Below, piece after piece: positions 19,763-29,900 of a DNA stretch of 64,000 nucleotides. This stretch comes from Halieaceae bacterium (lineage in GTDB: Bacteria; Pseudomonadota; Gammaproteobacteria; Pseudomonadales; Halieaceae). The translations under genes were made by a program, and so were the position numbers. Each line of letters begins with the position of its first letter. Position 1 is the stretch's first letter. The notes below the pieces were generated by a model. That model was given only the letters and a program-made list of their open reading frames with translations. It searched no databases and was not told the DNA's origin. The stretch covers positions 214-64,213 of the forward strand of contig JAZBOY010000293.1 of assembly GCA_036351375.1 (NCBI GenBank), in the 5' to 3' direction.

Positions 19763-21312
19763 AAATGGGCAAACTGGTAGCCGTGGTACTGGTGCTGGTC
19801 GCATTCGCGGCCGGCATGCAGTTCGGCAAGAAGACCGGCGGTTCCGCGCCGGTGGTCACCAGCACCAGCGGGGGCGCGGCCTACAGCGGCAGCACGGCCG
19901 CTAAGGCCACGGATGAAGAGGTAGCGGCGGCCAAGGAGATGATGCTCTCTGGCAGCAGCAAGTTTGTAGCCGGCCCGCCTATGAGTGACGTGGTGGTGAC
20001 CGTCGAGGATGGCGAGTCCATCCAGGCCGCAGTACAGGCTGCCGAGCCGGGCACCACGATTCACGTGATGCCGGGCACCTACAGCGAAACTGTCTACATC
20101 GACAAGGACGGCATTCGCCTGATCGGCATTGTGGAAGGTTCCGAGCGCGCCACCATGGACGGCGGCGGCACCCTCAACGACGCCATCCTGTTCTCCGGCA
20201 ACAACATCGTGGTGGAGGGATTCCTGATCACGAAGTACAAGGGGAACGCCATCATGAGCCAGGCCGGCAACAACTACGAGATTCGCGACAACATCATCGT
20301 GGACACCGGCGTGTACGGCATCTTCCCGCAGCTCGGCAAGAACGGCGTGGTAGAGCATAACGTCATCTCCGGTATCGAAGACGCCGCCATCTACGTGGGC
20401 ATGAGCGACAACGTGCACGTGGCCTTCAACGAAGTGTTCGACAGCGTTGCCGGTATCGAAATCGAAAACAGCCGCCACGCCATCGTCGAGAGCAACTTCG
20501 TCTACAACAACACCGGCGGCGTGCTGGCGTTCATCACCCCGGGCCTGCCGATCAAGACCACCTACGACGTCATCATCCGCAACAACTGGATCTCCAATAA
20601 CAACACGCCCAACTTCGGCGCGCCAGGCTCCACCGTCGGCGGTATTCCGGCCGGTACCGGCATCATGGTGATGGCGGCGGACGACGTGGTAGTGGAAGGC
20701 AACATCATTACCAACAACAAGACCGTGGGCATCATGTCTGTGGATCACAACACCGCGGCGCAGCTCACCAATGTGACCGTGGACCCGGAGGCCGACCCCA
20801 ACTCCGACGGCCTCAAGATCCTCAACAACACCATGCACAACAACGGTTACGACACTATCGACGAGATCAAGGCATTGATGCTGGCCGACTTCAAGACCGG
20901 CAACCCGGACATTTTCGTGATTGGCCCCACCACCGATAGCTGCATCATCAACCGGCACCGCTACGTGCATTCCGGGGTGGATGAGTGGGCGGAGTGTGGC
21001 TTCACGAATACCTCGACCATCGCCAACTACCTGCTGCCGCCGGTGCCGCCCCGCGTCATCGAGCCGGGTGAGCGCGGCAAGATCGCCTACCTGGGCGTAT
21101 GCGCCGGTTGCCACACCTATGAAGGGCGAATGATCGGCCCGCCGGTGAAGATCATCCAGGCCCTGTACATGGACAACCCCCACGGCCTGGCCGAGTACAT
21201 CGCCGCACCGGTCAAGAAGCGCGAGGACTACCCGGAAATGCCGCCCCAGGATTACCTCGACGAGGACACCCGCCTGGCGGTCGCCGAGTACATGCTCTCC
21301 GTCAAGCGGTAG
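19759..21312 (+). CDS. Right-handed parallel beta-helix repeat protein fused to a C-terminal mono-haem cytochrome c domain
   Basis: N-terminal anchor or signal. Repeated NNxI..N / G-I-x-x turns (NNIVVEGFLIT, RDNIIVDTG, EHNVISG, ESNFVYNN, RNNWISNN, EGNIITNN). C-terminal CAGCH...RMIGPP. AAGGAG RBS. Confidence 0.75.
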   Translation: MKMGKLVAVVLVLVAFAAGMQFGKKTGGSAPVVTSTSGGAAYSGSTAAKATDEEVAAAKEMMLSGSSKFVAGPPMSDVVVTVEDGESIQAAVQAAEPGTTIHVMPGTYSETVYIDKDGIRLIGIVEGSERATMDGGGTLNDAILFSGNNIVVEGFLITKYKGNAIMSQAGNNYEIRDNIIVDTGVYGIFPQLGKNGVVEHNVISGIEDAAIYVGMSDNVHVAFNEVFDSVAGIEIENSRHAIVESNFVYNNTGGVLAFITPGLPIKTTYDVIIRNNWISNNNTPNFGAPGSTVGGIPAGTGIMVMAADDVVVEGNIITNNKTVGIMSVDHNTAAQLTNVTVDPEADPNSDGLKILNNTMHNNGYDTIDEIKALMLADFKTGNPDIFVIGPTTDSCIINRHRYVHSGVDEWAECGFTNTSTIANYLLPPVPPRVIEPGERGKIAYLGVCAGCHTYEGRMIGPPVKIIQALYMDNPHGLAEYIAAPVKKREDYPEMPPQDYLDEDTRLAVAEYMLSVKR

Positions 21313-21330
21313 TCCATCCCCACCCTGATT

Positions 21331-21366
21331 CGCGACGCGGCCCGGTTCTGCCTGGTCGCGTTTTTT
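21331..21366 (+). terminator. Possible terminator of the cytochrome operon
   Basis: cgcgac...gtcgcg stem followed by TTTTTT; the loop is long, so this is weak. Confidence 0.4.
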
Positions 21367-21541
21367 CTGTGGGTTCGAGGGGCGCCGCAATGTGAAGGGG
21401 CTTTCCCAGACACGCCGTGTCCGGCAAACCCACCGTACGTTGCGCTCTCGGGCTGAGAGCTGATCGAGGAAACTCTGGCGAGATAGTGCAGTCGATGTAG
21501 GCTGTTTGGCCTGTCGCTATTTTCAAAGCTAGTGCAGTATT

Positions 21542-23755
21542 ATGGCGTTGCGAACAGGACAGACACTGGGCTACAGAGCAATGAAACGAGCTATCCGCGA
21601 ACTGCGGCGGCGCGGGGTTATCCGCGCGGCGGGCTTGTACATTGCCCTCACGTGGCTGCTGCTGCAGATTGCCGACGTCGTATTTCCCGCCTTCGACCTC
21701 CCTGACAGTGCGCTGCGCTATATCCTGTTCGGTGCCGTGGTCGGCTTCCCGCTGGCGATGGTGTTCTCCTGGTTCTACGACATCTCCAGCGAGGGTATCC
21801 GTTCCGAGGAGGAGCTGCGCGAGGCCGGTGAAAGCGGCAAGGGCAGCTACCTGTCGGGGGCGACCATCGTTCTGCTGGTGGTGGCGTTGGGCGTTTCCCT
21901 GTACGCCAACTATGAGCAGGCCAGCGAGGATATTCCTGCCACGGAACACGAGATTATTTCGATCCTGGTTTCTGACTTTGTGAATGAAACCGGCGACCCG
22001 ATTTTTACCGGCTCGCTGGAGCCCGCCCTGGCCATCGGCATTGAGGCGGCCCCCTTCATAAGCTCCTACGCCAGGCATCAAGCCGCAATCATCGCCGGCC
22101 AGATTGCAGGCAGGGAAGAACTGAATGAAGAAACGGCGCGGCTGGTGTCCGTGCGAGAAGGCATTCGACTGGTACTTAGCGGTGTTATTCGACCCGACGG
22201 CGAGGGTTACTACTTCAGCCTGCGCGCGGTGGACCCCCGCGAGGGCGAAGTGATTGCGAATGCCAGCGCCAGCGCCGGTTCGAAAGTTGATGTACTGCCC
22301 GCCGTCGGCAAGCTCGCCATTCAGATTCGTGAAGAGCTGGGAGACGCCAGCCTGTCGGAAGACCCCGAAGCGAACGAAACCTTTACGGCGGCCTCGCTGG
22401 AGGCAGCCCAGTACTACACGATTGCCCAGAACTATAACCGCACGGAGCAGAATGAACTCGCCTCGGAGTACTACCAGAAAGCGATCGCGGAAGACCCGAA
22501 CTTTGGGCGCGCCTATTCCGGTTGGGCGCTCAGTGAGAGAAGGCTGGGTCGCAGCGAGCACGCGAAAGAGCTCTGGGAAAAAACCCTCACGCTGCTGGAT
22601 ACGATGACCGAGCGCGAACGGTACCGGACCCAGGGGGCATACTACCTGGCTGTCACCGGCAATTTCCGCAAAGCCATTGAGGCCTATGAGGAATTGATCA
22701 CGCGCTATCCCGCTGACAATGTCGGTCGCAACAACCTGGCGCTGGCCTACTTCTGGGATCGTCAGTTCGACCAGGCCCTGACGATTGGTGGTGAGCTGGT
22801 AGAGCTGTATCCCAATACGCCGGTCTACCGAAGCAACTACGCCCTCTACGCTATGTATGCGAGCGACTTCGACCTCGCTCGCAGCCAGGCCACTGCCCTG
22901 TTGGAGGCGGCGCCCGAGTTTTTCCTGGGCTACTTGCCCCTGGCCATCGCGGAACTCGCGCAGGGGAAGTACAAGGCGGCCGAGGAGGTCTACTCGCGCA
23001 TGGCGAAGCAGGGCAGCGAGGCAGAATCCGCCGCCCGCAGAGGGCTGGCAGACGTCGCCCTGTATCGAGGCGACTGGCCGCTGGCGCAGGCGCTATTGGA
23101 GGAGGGTATCCGCTTTGATGAGGGCATTGGCAATAACGCTTCTGCGCGGCGCAAACAGGTGGATCTGGCCTTGGCACTGTTCGAACAGGGGCGAGTGGAT
23201 GATGCAAGGGTGCAGCTCGAAGCTGCGATCGCCGGAAGCAGCGACCTGCGCCGCCTGTTGCCGGCGGCTCGCCTGTTTGTCCGCCTCGGTGACACAGAGC
23301 GCGCCGATGAACTGCGCGCCCTGCTGGATAGCGAACTGAGGGCCGGCAGCCGGGCCGCTGCAGATATCATTGCCGCTTACCTGGCGGAGGCTGACGGTGA
23401 TACGGCAACAGCAGTAGATCACCTCAACGCCTCGCTGGAGCATGTCGATACCTGGCTGGCGCGCTTCGAGTTGGGGCGCGTGTACGCCAATGCAGGTTAT
23501 TTTGTTGAGGCCCTCAGCGAACTTGAACGGGCTGAGGGCCGTCTCGGGGAGGCGGCTGCCCTGTTCCTGGATGAAGTTCCCACCTTTCACTACAGCGCAA
23601 CGCTGGACTATTGGCTCGGCTTGACCCGCCAGGAACTGGGGTTGGGCGAGACGGGTAAACGGGATCTGGAGGCGTTTTTGGCGTTGCGCGGTGCCAATGC
23701 CGGCAGCGCTGTGGTTGCAGATGCGCGCTCCCGGCTTGAAGTGAGTGGTAAGTAA
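21542..23755 (+). CDS. Membrane-anchored TPR-repeat protein
   Basis: N-terminus IRELRRRGVIRAAGLYIALTWLLLQIADVVFPAF plus a second TM helix, then many TPR-like repeats. An alternative start is ATG 21581. Confidence 0.75.
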   Translation: MALRTGQTLGYRAMKRAIRELRRRGVIRAAGLYIALTWLLLQIADVVFPAFDLPDSALRYILFGAVVGFPLAMVFSWFYDISSEGIRSEEELREAGESGKGSYLSGATIVLLVVALGVSLYANYEQASEDIPATEHEIISILVSDFVNETGDPIFTGSLEPALAIGIEAAPFISSYARHQAAIIAGQIAGREELNEETARLVSVREGIRLVLSGVIRPDGEGYYFSLRAVDPREGEVIANASASAGSKVDVLPAVGKLAIQIREELGDASLSEDPEANETFTAASLEAAQYYTIAQNYNRTEQNELASEYYQKAIAEDPNFGRAYSGWALSERRLGRSEHAKELWEKTLTLLDTMTERERYRTQGAYYLAVTGNFRKAIEAYEELITRYPADNVGRNNLALAYFWDRQFDQALTIGGELVELYPNTPVYRSNYALYAMYASDFDLARSQATALLEAAPEFFLGYLPLAIAELAQGKYKAAEEVYSRMAKQGSEAESAARRGLADVALYRGDWPLAQALLEEGIRFDEGIGNNASARRKQVDLALALFEQGRVDDARVQLEAAIAGSSDLRRLLPAARLFVRLGDTERADELRALLDSELRAGSRAAADIIAAYLAEADGDTATAVDHLNASLEHVDTWLARFELGRVYANAGYFVEALSELERAEGRLGEAAALFLDEVPTFHYSATLDYWLGLTRQELGLGETGKRDLEAFLALRGANAGSAVVADARSRLEVSGK

Positions 23756-23875
23756 CCTTTTCGCCTTTTAGCCACGCGTGTCAGCCACCGCTGGGGCCCG
23801 TTGCAAACTCTTGTTTAGTTTCTGGACCGGTTTAGTTCCGCAGCTGATTTGCGCTAGTCCCCGCACTGGACTATA

Positions 23876-23891
23876 TGTGACATAGGTCACA
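23876..23891. promoter_or_regulatory. Perfect CRP/Vfr-type palindrome TGTGA-N6-TCACA upstream of the giant exoprotein gene
   Basis: The sequence tgtgacataggtcaca ends 28 nt before ATG 23919. Confidence 0.45.
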
Positions 23892-23918
23892 AAAATAACT
23901 CTCAGGGAAGGGGCGCCC

Positions 23919-26900
23919 ATGTATCTCGTTCGAGTTGTGCCGCTGCTGGTGGGCGCGTTAATCCTGCTCGCATCCAATTCACCGGTCAGCCTGGCGCAGG
24001 ATGCGCCACTCTCCATCGGCCCGAATATCAATATGGTGTCGGGTACCCAATGGCCGGAGGGCGATCCCTTCCTGCGGCAACAGAACGAACCCTCCCTGGC
24101 GTTTTCCAGCCGCAACAAGCTGCACATGCTGGCCGGCGCCAATGACTACCGTACGGTGGATGTGCCCGGCGACTTCGAAGCCGGCGCCACCGGCGATTCC
24201 TGGCTCAGCTATTTCTGGTCTACCAACGGTGGCGGCACCTGGAAGTCCACGCTGATTCCCTGCTACCCCCAGGACACCACCTCGGATTGTTCGACCAACC
24301 CCCTGAGGGGTTTTGCTGCCGGTGCCGACCCGGTAGTGCGCGCCGGTGCCAATGGCATGTTCTATTACGCGGGCATCGCCTTCGAGCGCAGCGAGAATCC
24401 GAGGAGCCAGATATTCGTCTCGCGCTTTATCGACCTCAACAATGACGAGGGCGGCGACCCGATCCGCTACATCGATACTGTGCAGGTCGATCTCGACGAA
24501 ACCGGTGATCGCTTCCTCGACAAGGTCTGGGTTGCCGTCGATATCCCTCGAGGCAGTGCGACCGAGACTTTCAGCGTTACCCAGAGCAATGGCGAGACGG
24601 TCAGCCAGACAGTCAGCTGCGGCAATATTTACGTGGCCTATGCCGCGCTGACCGGAGACGGTGCCACCCTGCGCTCGGAAATCATGCTCAGCACTTCTGC
24701 GGACTGCGGCAGCACCTGGTCTACGCCCCAACCGATCAGTGAGCCGGACACGCTCAACCAGGGCGCAAACATTGCCATCAACCCGAGCTCTGGCCCGGGT
24801 GGTGGCGGCGTGCATGTTGGTTGGCGGCGATTCGACACCGTGGAAGCCTTCCTGGGCACCCCGGCGGTGTCCTGCGCCAAGCCGCTGAAGGATTGGCGAC
24901 GCAAAAAGAAGTCGCAGGTGGCGGTGGAGTGGCCGGTAGATACGGTGGATATCGGCGACCTGCGACTGACCCGGGATGAGGCCCTGGACCTGTTGGCGCA
25001 GAGGCCCGGGGACAACGATCAGCCCGAGTCCAACAAGTCGGTCAGGCTGGCGCAATACCTGGTGGCGTCCAAGCTGAATCTCATCTCCGGCGGTGGCCAG
25101 GCGTCTGATACTTTCGACCCGGCTGAATGGACGCGCACACTGGTCGGGCTGGTGGATGAAGTGGATGACTTCTTCCGGGAGAATCCGCTGCTCATTGTTG
25201 AACCAGCCAAAAAGAGCAGGAAAAGCAAGAAGAGCCGGAAGAGTAAAAAGAGCAAGAAGGACGACTGGGACTACGGGGACAAGTGGGACGAGTTCTACGG
25301 CCAGGCAGTTTATGTCGGCAGCGACCTCGACCGTGATGAGCGTCGGCAGGCCAATGCCCTGCGCCGCGATCTCCGGCGGAACTACCTCGGTTCGGAAGAC
25401 TGTGTCGCCACTGCCGGCACCGATCCCATCACCACCGGCTCCACCAACGCCATGGTGGCGACAAGCTCCGGCGATGGCGGGGCGAGCTGGGCAGCACCGG
25501 TAACGGTGGCCGAAATTCGCACCTTCGACCAGGGCGGTACCAACTTCTCTTTCCGTACCACGGCCTATCCCACGCTGGCTGTAGATAAGACCGGCCGGGT
25601 CTACATGGCCTACGCGGCTCGCGGGTTTGCTACCCAGCGCCCGGATGAGGAATCCGGTGATGCGCGCATCGTTTTGTCGGTCTCCAGCGATGGTGGTTCC
25701 ACCTGGCAGGCGCCTTACCCGATTGATGACGACCCCGAGATGCCGGGCCACCAGTTCAAGCCTTCGCTACTCTTTGCGGGCGGCCGGCTGGTCGTAGTGT
25801 TCTACGACCTGCGCGCCGACGTGTCGGGCCTTTTCGAACGCTTCGTGTACGACGTGCCCGAACCCGATCGACTGCGCCACACCTTGGATGTGCGAGCAGC
25901 CACTGCCAACGTGCTGGCGGCGCCGCTGATGCCGCAGTTCACGGTTTACGATGTCACTGACCGCAGGGACTCCCAGCAGACTTCTCGCTATGCCTTCATC
26001 ACCACGGGCAACGGCATACCGATAGAAACCGTGCAGCTACAGTACATGGTGCCCAACCTGCCTACCCACTCGGGCGGCACCCAGCCGTTTATCGGCGACT
26101 ATGTGGACGTGGCCACCAAGACCATTCTCAAGGAAGGTGACGGCTGGCGCTTTGCCACCGAGCCTGGCGATGTGGACGTTTACCAGGCGGTGTGGACCGA
26201 CAATCGTGATATATCGCCGCCGCCGGACGGTGACTGGACCCGCTACCAACCGCTCAATCTCGACAGCGGCGGTGGCGGCAGCGTCAGTATATTTGACGGC
26301 TCCCCAATTCCTGCCTGTGAACCCGGCGTCACCAGCCAGTACACGGGCACCCGTAACCAGAATATCTACACCGCCGCGCTCTCTGAAGGGCTGATCGTCG
26401 CGGCACCGGGCGGCAACCGGCCCCTGGGCATTGCACCCGGTGCAACGGAGCCGCTGGAGCGCGCCTACGTGGTATATGTGCAAAATGTCACTGCCGTGGA
26501 GCGCAGCTACCGGCTCACAGTCAGCGAACCGGTGGAGGGGTCGGCGTCCTTCGAGCAGTTTGATTCGCTCACCAGCGTCGATGTCTCGGTGCCGCCATAC
26601 TCGAGTACCGTGGAAACCGTGTTCGCCAGCTCTCCCAACCCTGACGAGCGTATCGTCGTGCAGGTGCAGGAGCTCGACCCGACTGGCAGTGTACTGCCGG
26701 GTGGCCTGTTCTCAACGGTACTGTTGAATGCCGATCCGACGGCACCGCCGCCCAGTAATGCGGACCTACTGACGGCGGAAACGCACAATCCGACGATCCT
26801 GAATCCGACGATCCTGAATCCGACGATACTCAACCCGACGATCCTGAACCCGACGATTCTCAACCCGACGATCCTGAATACCGCGGTGTTCAACCCGACA

Positions 26901-29900
26901 ATCCTGAATCCGACGATCCTGAACACCGCGGTGTTCAACCCGACGATTCTGAACCCGACGATTCTGAATCCGACGATTCTGAATCCGACGATCCTGAACC
27001 CGACCATCCTGAATCCGACGATTCTGAATCCGACCATTCTGAACCCGACGATCCTCAATCAGGCGGTCTACAACCCGACGATTCTCAATCCGACGATCCT
27101 GAATCCGACGATTCTCAATAGCGCCATCACCGACCCCTTGCAGGAATCCGCAGAAATTACCTTCGCGGTGCAGAACGATGGCAGCGCCACCAGTTCCTAC
27201 GACATCAACCTCGCGTCCAGCCAGGGCAGCGATGACGGCTTCACCTACCAGGTGCTGGTCTATCGCCTCAACAAGACCCCGGTGGCCGACGGTTGCAGTC
27301 TCGAGGAAGAGGCCAGCCAGGAGCTGATCGCCAACGTTGTGGATCCAGGCAACCAGCTGGACCCGGCGGGTGGCGACGGCGAGACCTCGTTCTACATTGA
27401 GCCCGGGGAAGAAGTATTCGTCACCATCCGCGTCCTGCCGGATACCACCCAGCCCGACCCCGGCGACCCGGGTGAGCTCGACAACAACACCCTGGATCTC
27501 TCGATCGCGGTGGTGCCGCAGGCCGTTAATTCCGAAGACGCCGAGATGGGAGAAACCGAGCCCACTGGCACTTCGACGACCACACCTCCAGTACCCCCCG
27601 TGCTTATCGACACGATTGAAATCCCCGACGGCGAAGTCGGCCAGCCGTATAGCGTGGCGTTGGCAGCCAGCGGCGGCGTTGCGCCGCTGAACTGGAGCCT
27701 GGCCCTGGGTGCGGAACTGCTGGACGGCCTGAGCCTGTCGCCTGCCGGCGTGCTCAGCGGTACTCCGGCGGAACCCGGCGGCCTGGCAGTGCCGGTGCGC
27801 GTGACGGATGGCATTCAGGTGGCGCAGGCCAGCTTCTTTGCCACCATCGAACCGCCGCCCTTGTTCATCACGACCACCACCTTGCCAGCCGGCCAGGTCG
27901 GTCAGGCCTACCCGGCCACGACGCTGGCTTCCTCTGGCGGCTTTGGTGATATCAGCTGGGGCGTGGTGAGCGGCAGCTTGCCGCCCGGCCTGACCCTTGC
28001 GGTGGACGGCGGTCTGTCCGGCACGCCCTCTGCCGATGGCTCCTTCAACTTTACCGTGGAGGCCACCGATGGCTTCCAGGCGGTGCAACAGAGCCTTGCG
28101 GTGGATATCGCCCCGGAGAACGTGATCGGCGGTGACGGCGGTGGTCCGTTCACCCTGACCTGCCCCGCCGGCACCATCGGCAAGGGGCTACGCGGCCGCG
28201 CGCTCCAGGATATCGACACCATTGAGCTGATCTGTGCCGAGGTGGTCAGCGTGACCAATGGCTTCCCCGAGCTTGGGGCCGAGGTAAGTGCCGGCGATCT
28301 CGGCAACACCGGTGGCCTCGATTTCGGTGAAGATCTTGTGTGTCCGGACTTCACCGTCCTCACGGGCATTCGCGCCAACGAGCGAACCCTGGGCAGCGGT
28401 AACGTCATCATCGACCAGCTGGGCGTGACCTGTATCGACAGCGGTGGTGACCTGGTGTTCTCAACGCTGGTGGCCGACAACGACGTCGGCGGCCCGGTCG
28501 CCTCCGTGGACTGCCCGGTTGACGAGTTTGTCAGCGGTGTCTCCGGGCGCGTGGGTCTGCTGCTGGACGCGATCGGTGTGAGCTGCGCGCCGGTGAGTGG
28601 CGAGTTTGTCGCGGCGGATATCGCTCCCAAGTATTACGGCGTCGCGGTGGCCAACCCTGGCTTCCTGTCTCGTACTGGCCAGGTGCTGGAATTCAGCCAG
28701 GCGCCGCGCACCGGCACTGCGTTTACGTTCTCCGAGTCGGTCGGTGAGCCCACGAACCGACCCTTCACCTGGGATGTTATGGACGGTGAGCTGGTGCTGA
28801 CCTATGGCGTGCTTCCGGGAGTGTCTTTCTTTGATACCCTTGATGCATCCACGGCTACCCCCGACCAGGCTGCGCTCATCGCGGCGCAGCCCGGATTCAT
28901 CGGCCAGATAGAAGGCCGCCAGAGATTCATCGAGACCGTGTATACCCTGGTGTCCGAGACCGACCTGCTCGGTGTGGCCCGTGAGGATACGCAGATCATT
29001 GAGTATCTCCCGATACCGGTGCCGGTCTCTGCCGAGTATCCGGATGGCAGCCTGCAATTGCCTCCACGGTTTGTGACCAGCAATGCCGCCGGCACGCTGC
29101 GCGACGCGGCGACGGCGCCGGTGATCCCGCTGTCGGATACGTGCAATACGGAGCCATGTGTACCCGGCACCTGGGGAGGTACCGCGCGCTATCTGCCGGG
29201 CGTGAGGCAGTTTGATAACCAGCCCTACCCGGTCACCAACTATGGTGAGGTGCTGAACTTCGCCACCGGCGGCCAGCAGACGGTGAGCGGGGATATCTCC
29301 AACCTCGCGGCCACCTGGACAGTCAGTGGCGGTAGCCTGGTTGTTGATTACGGCGACGGCTGGACCCAGACGGTGACGCCCGTCGGTGTGAACGGTCTCG
29401 AATACGGCATGTTCAGTGAATACACCGACGGTGTGGATCGCTACGCCAGTTATGATATCTGGGTGAAGCGTGACCCAGGCTTCAACTTTACGGAGGCCTA
29501 CCTCACCAGTGCCAACGACAGCTACTGGAACGCCGACATAAACACCTGGATACCGGGCAGGCTAAACCCCGACGGATCACGGCCATTTAATGAACGGTTT
29601 GGCTGGGAGCTTGACGGTGGTACCGATCCCAACTCCGGATTCAATCGTTCAGTGATCTTCGCTGGTGCCAACGCAGACCAACTGACGCTGTTCCTGCGAC
29701 CCAATGAATGGACCATCGAGCCCTCCGGCCGCGTCCAGATCGATCGCTTCCTGGATACCCAGTTCAATACCTACGATCGATTCTGGTACCCGATTGCCAA
29801 CACCATCGTGGACGGAGATCGGCAGTTCTACGTGATTGAACTCGAGCGCCGCGACAGCGGGCTGCTGTTCCCGGCGCGCATGAACATCCAGCGGGAGTTG

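Noticed and set aside
26507-27058. 183-aa minus-strand ORF encoding RIVGF repeats
   Set aside because: It is the antisense shadow of the NPTIL array. The plus-strand frame is continuous with a 2224-aa ORF that has a signal peptide and recognisable domains.
26787-27132. Regular short repeats that could be mistaken for a CRISPR array
   Set aside because: The 15-bp units are directly abutting with no spacers, are in frame within a coding sequence, and no cas genes are present.
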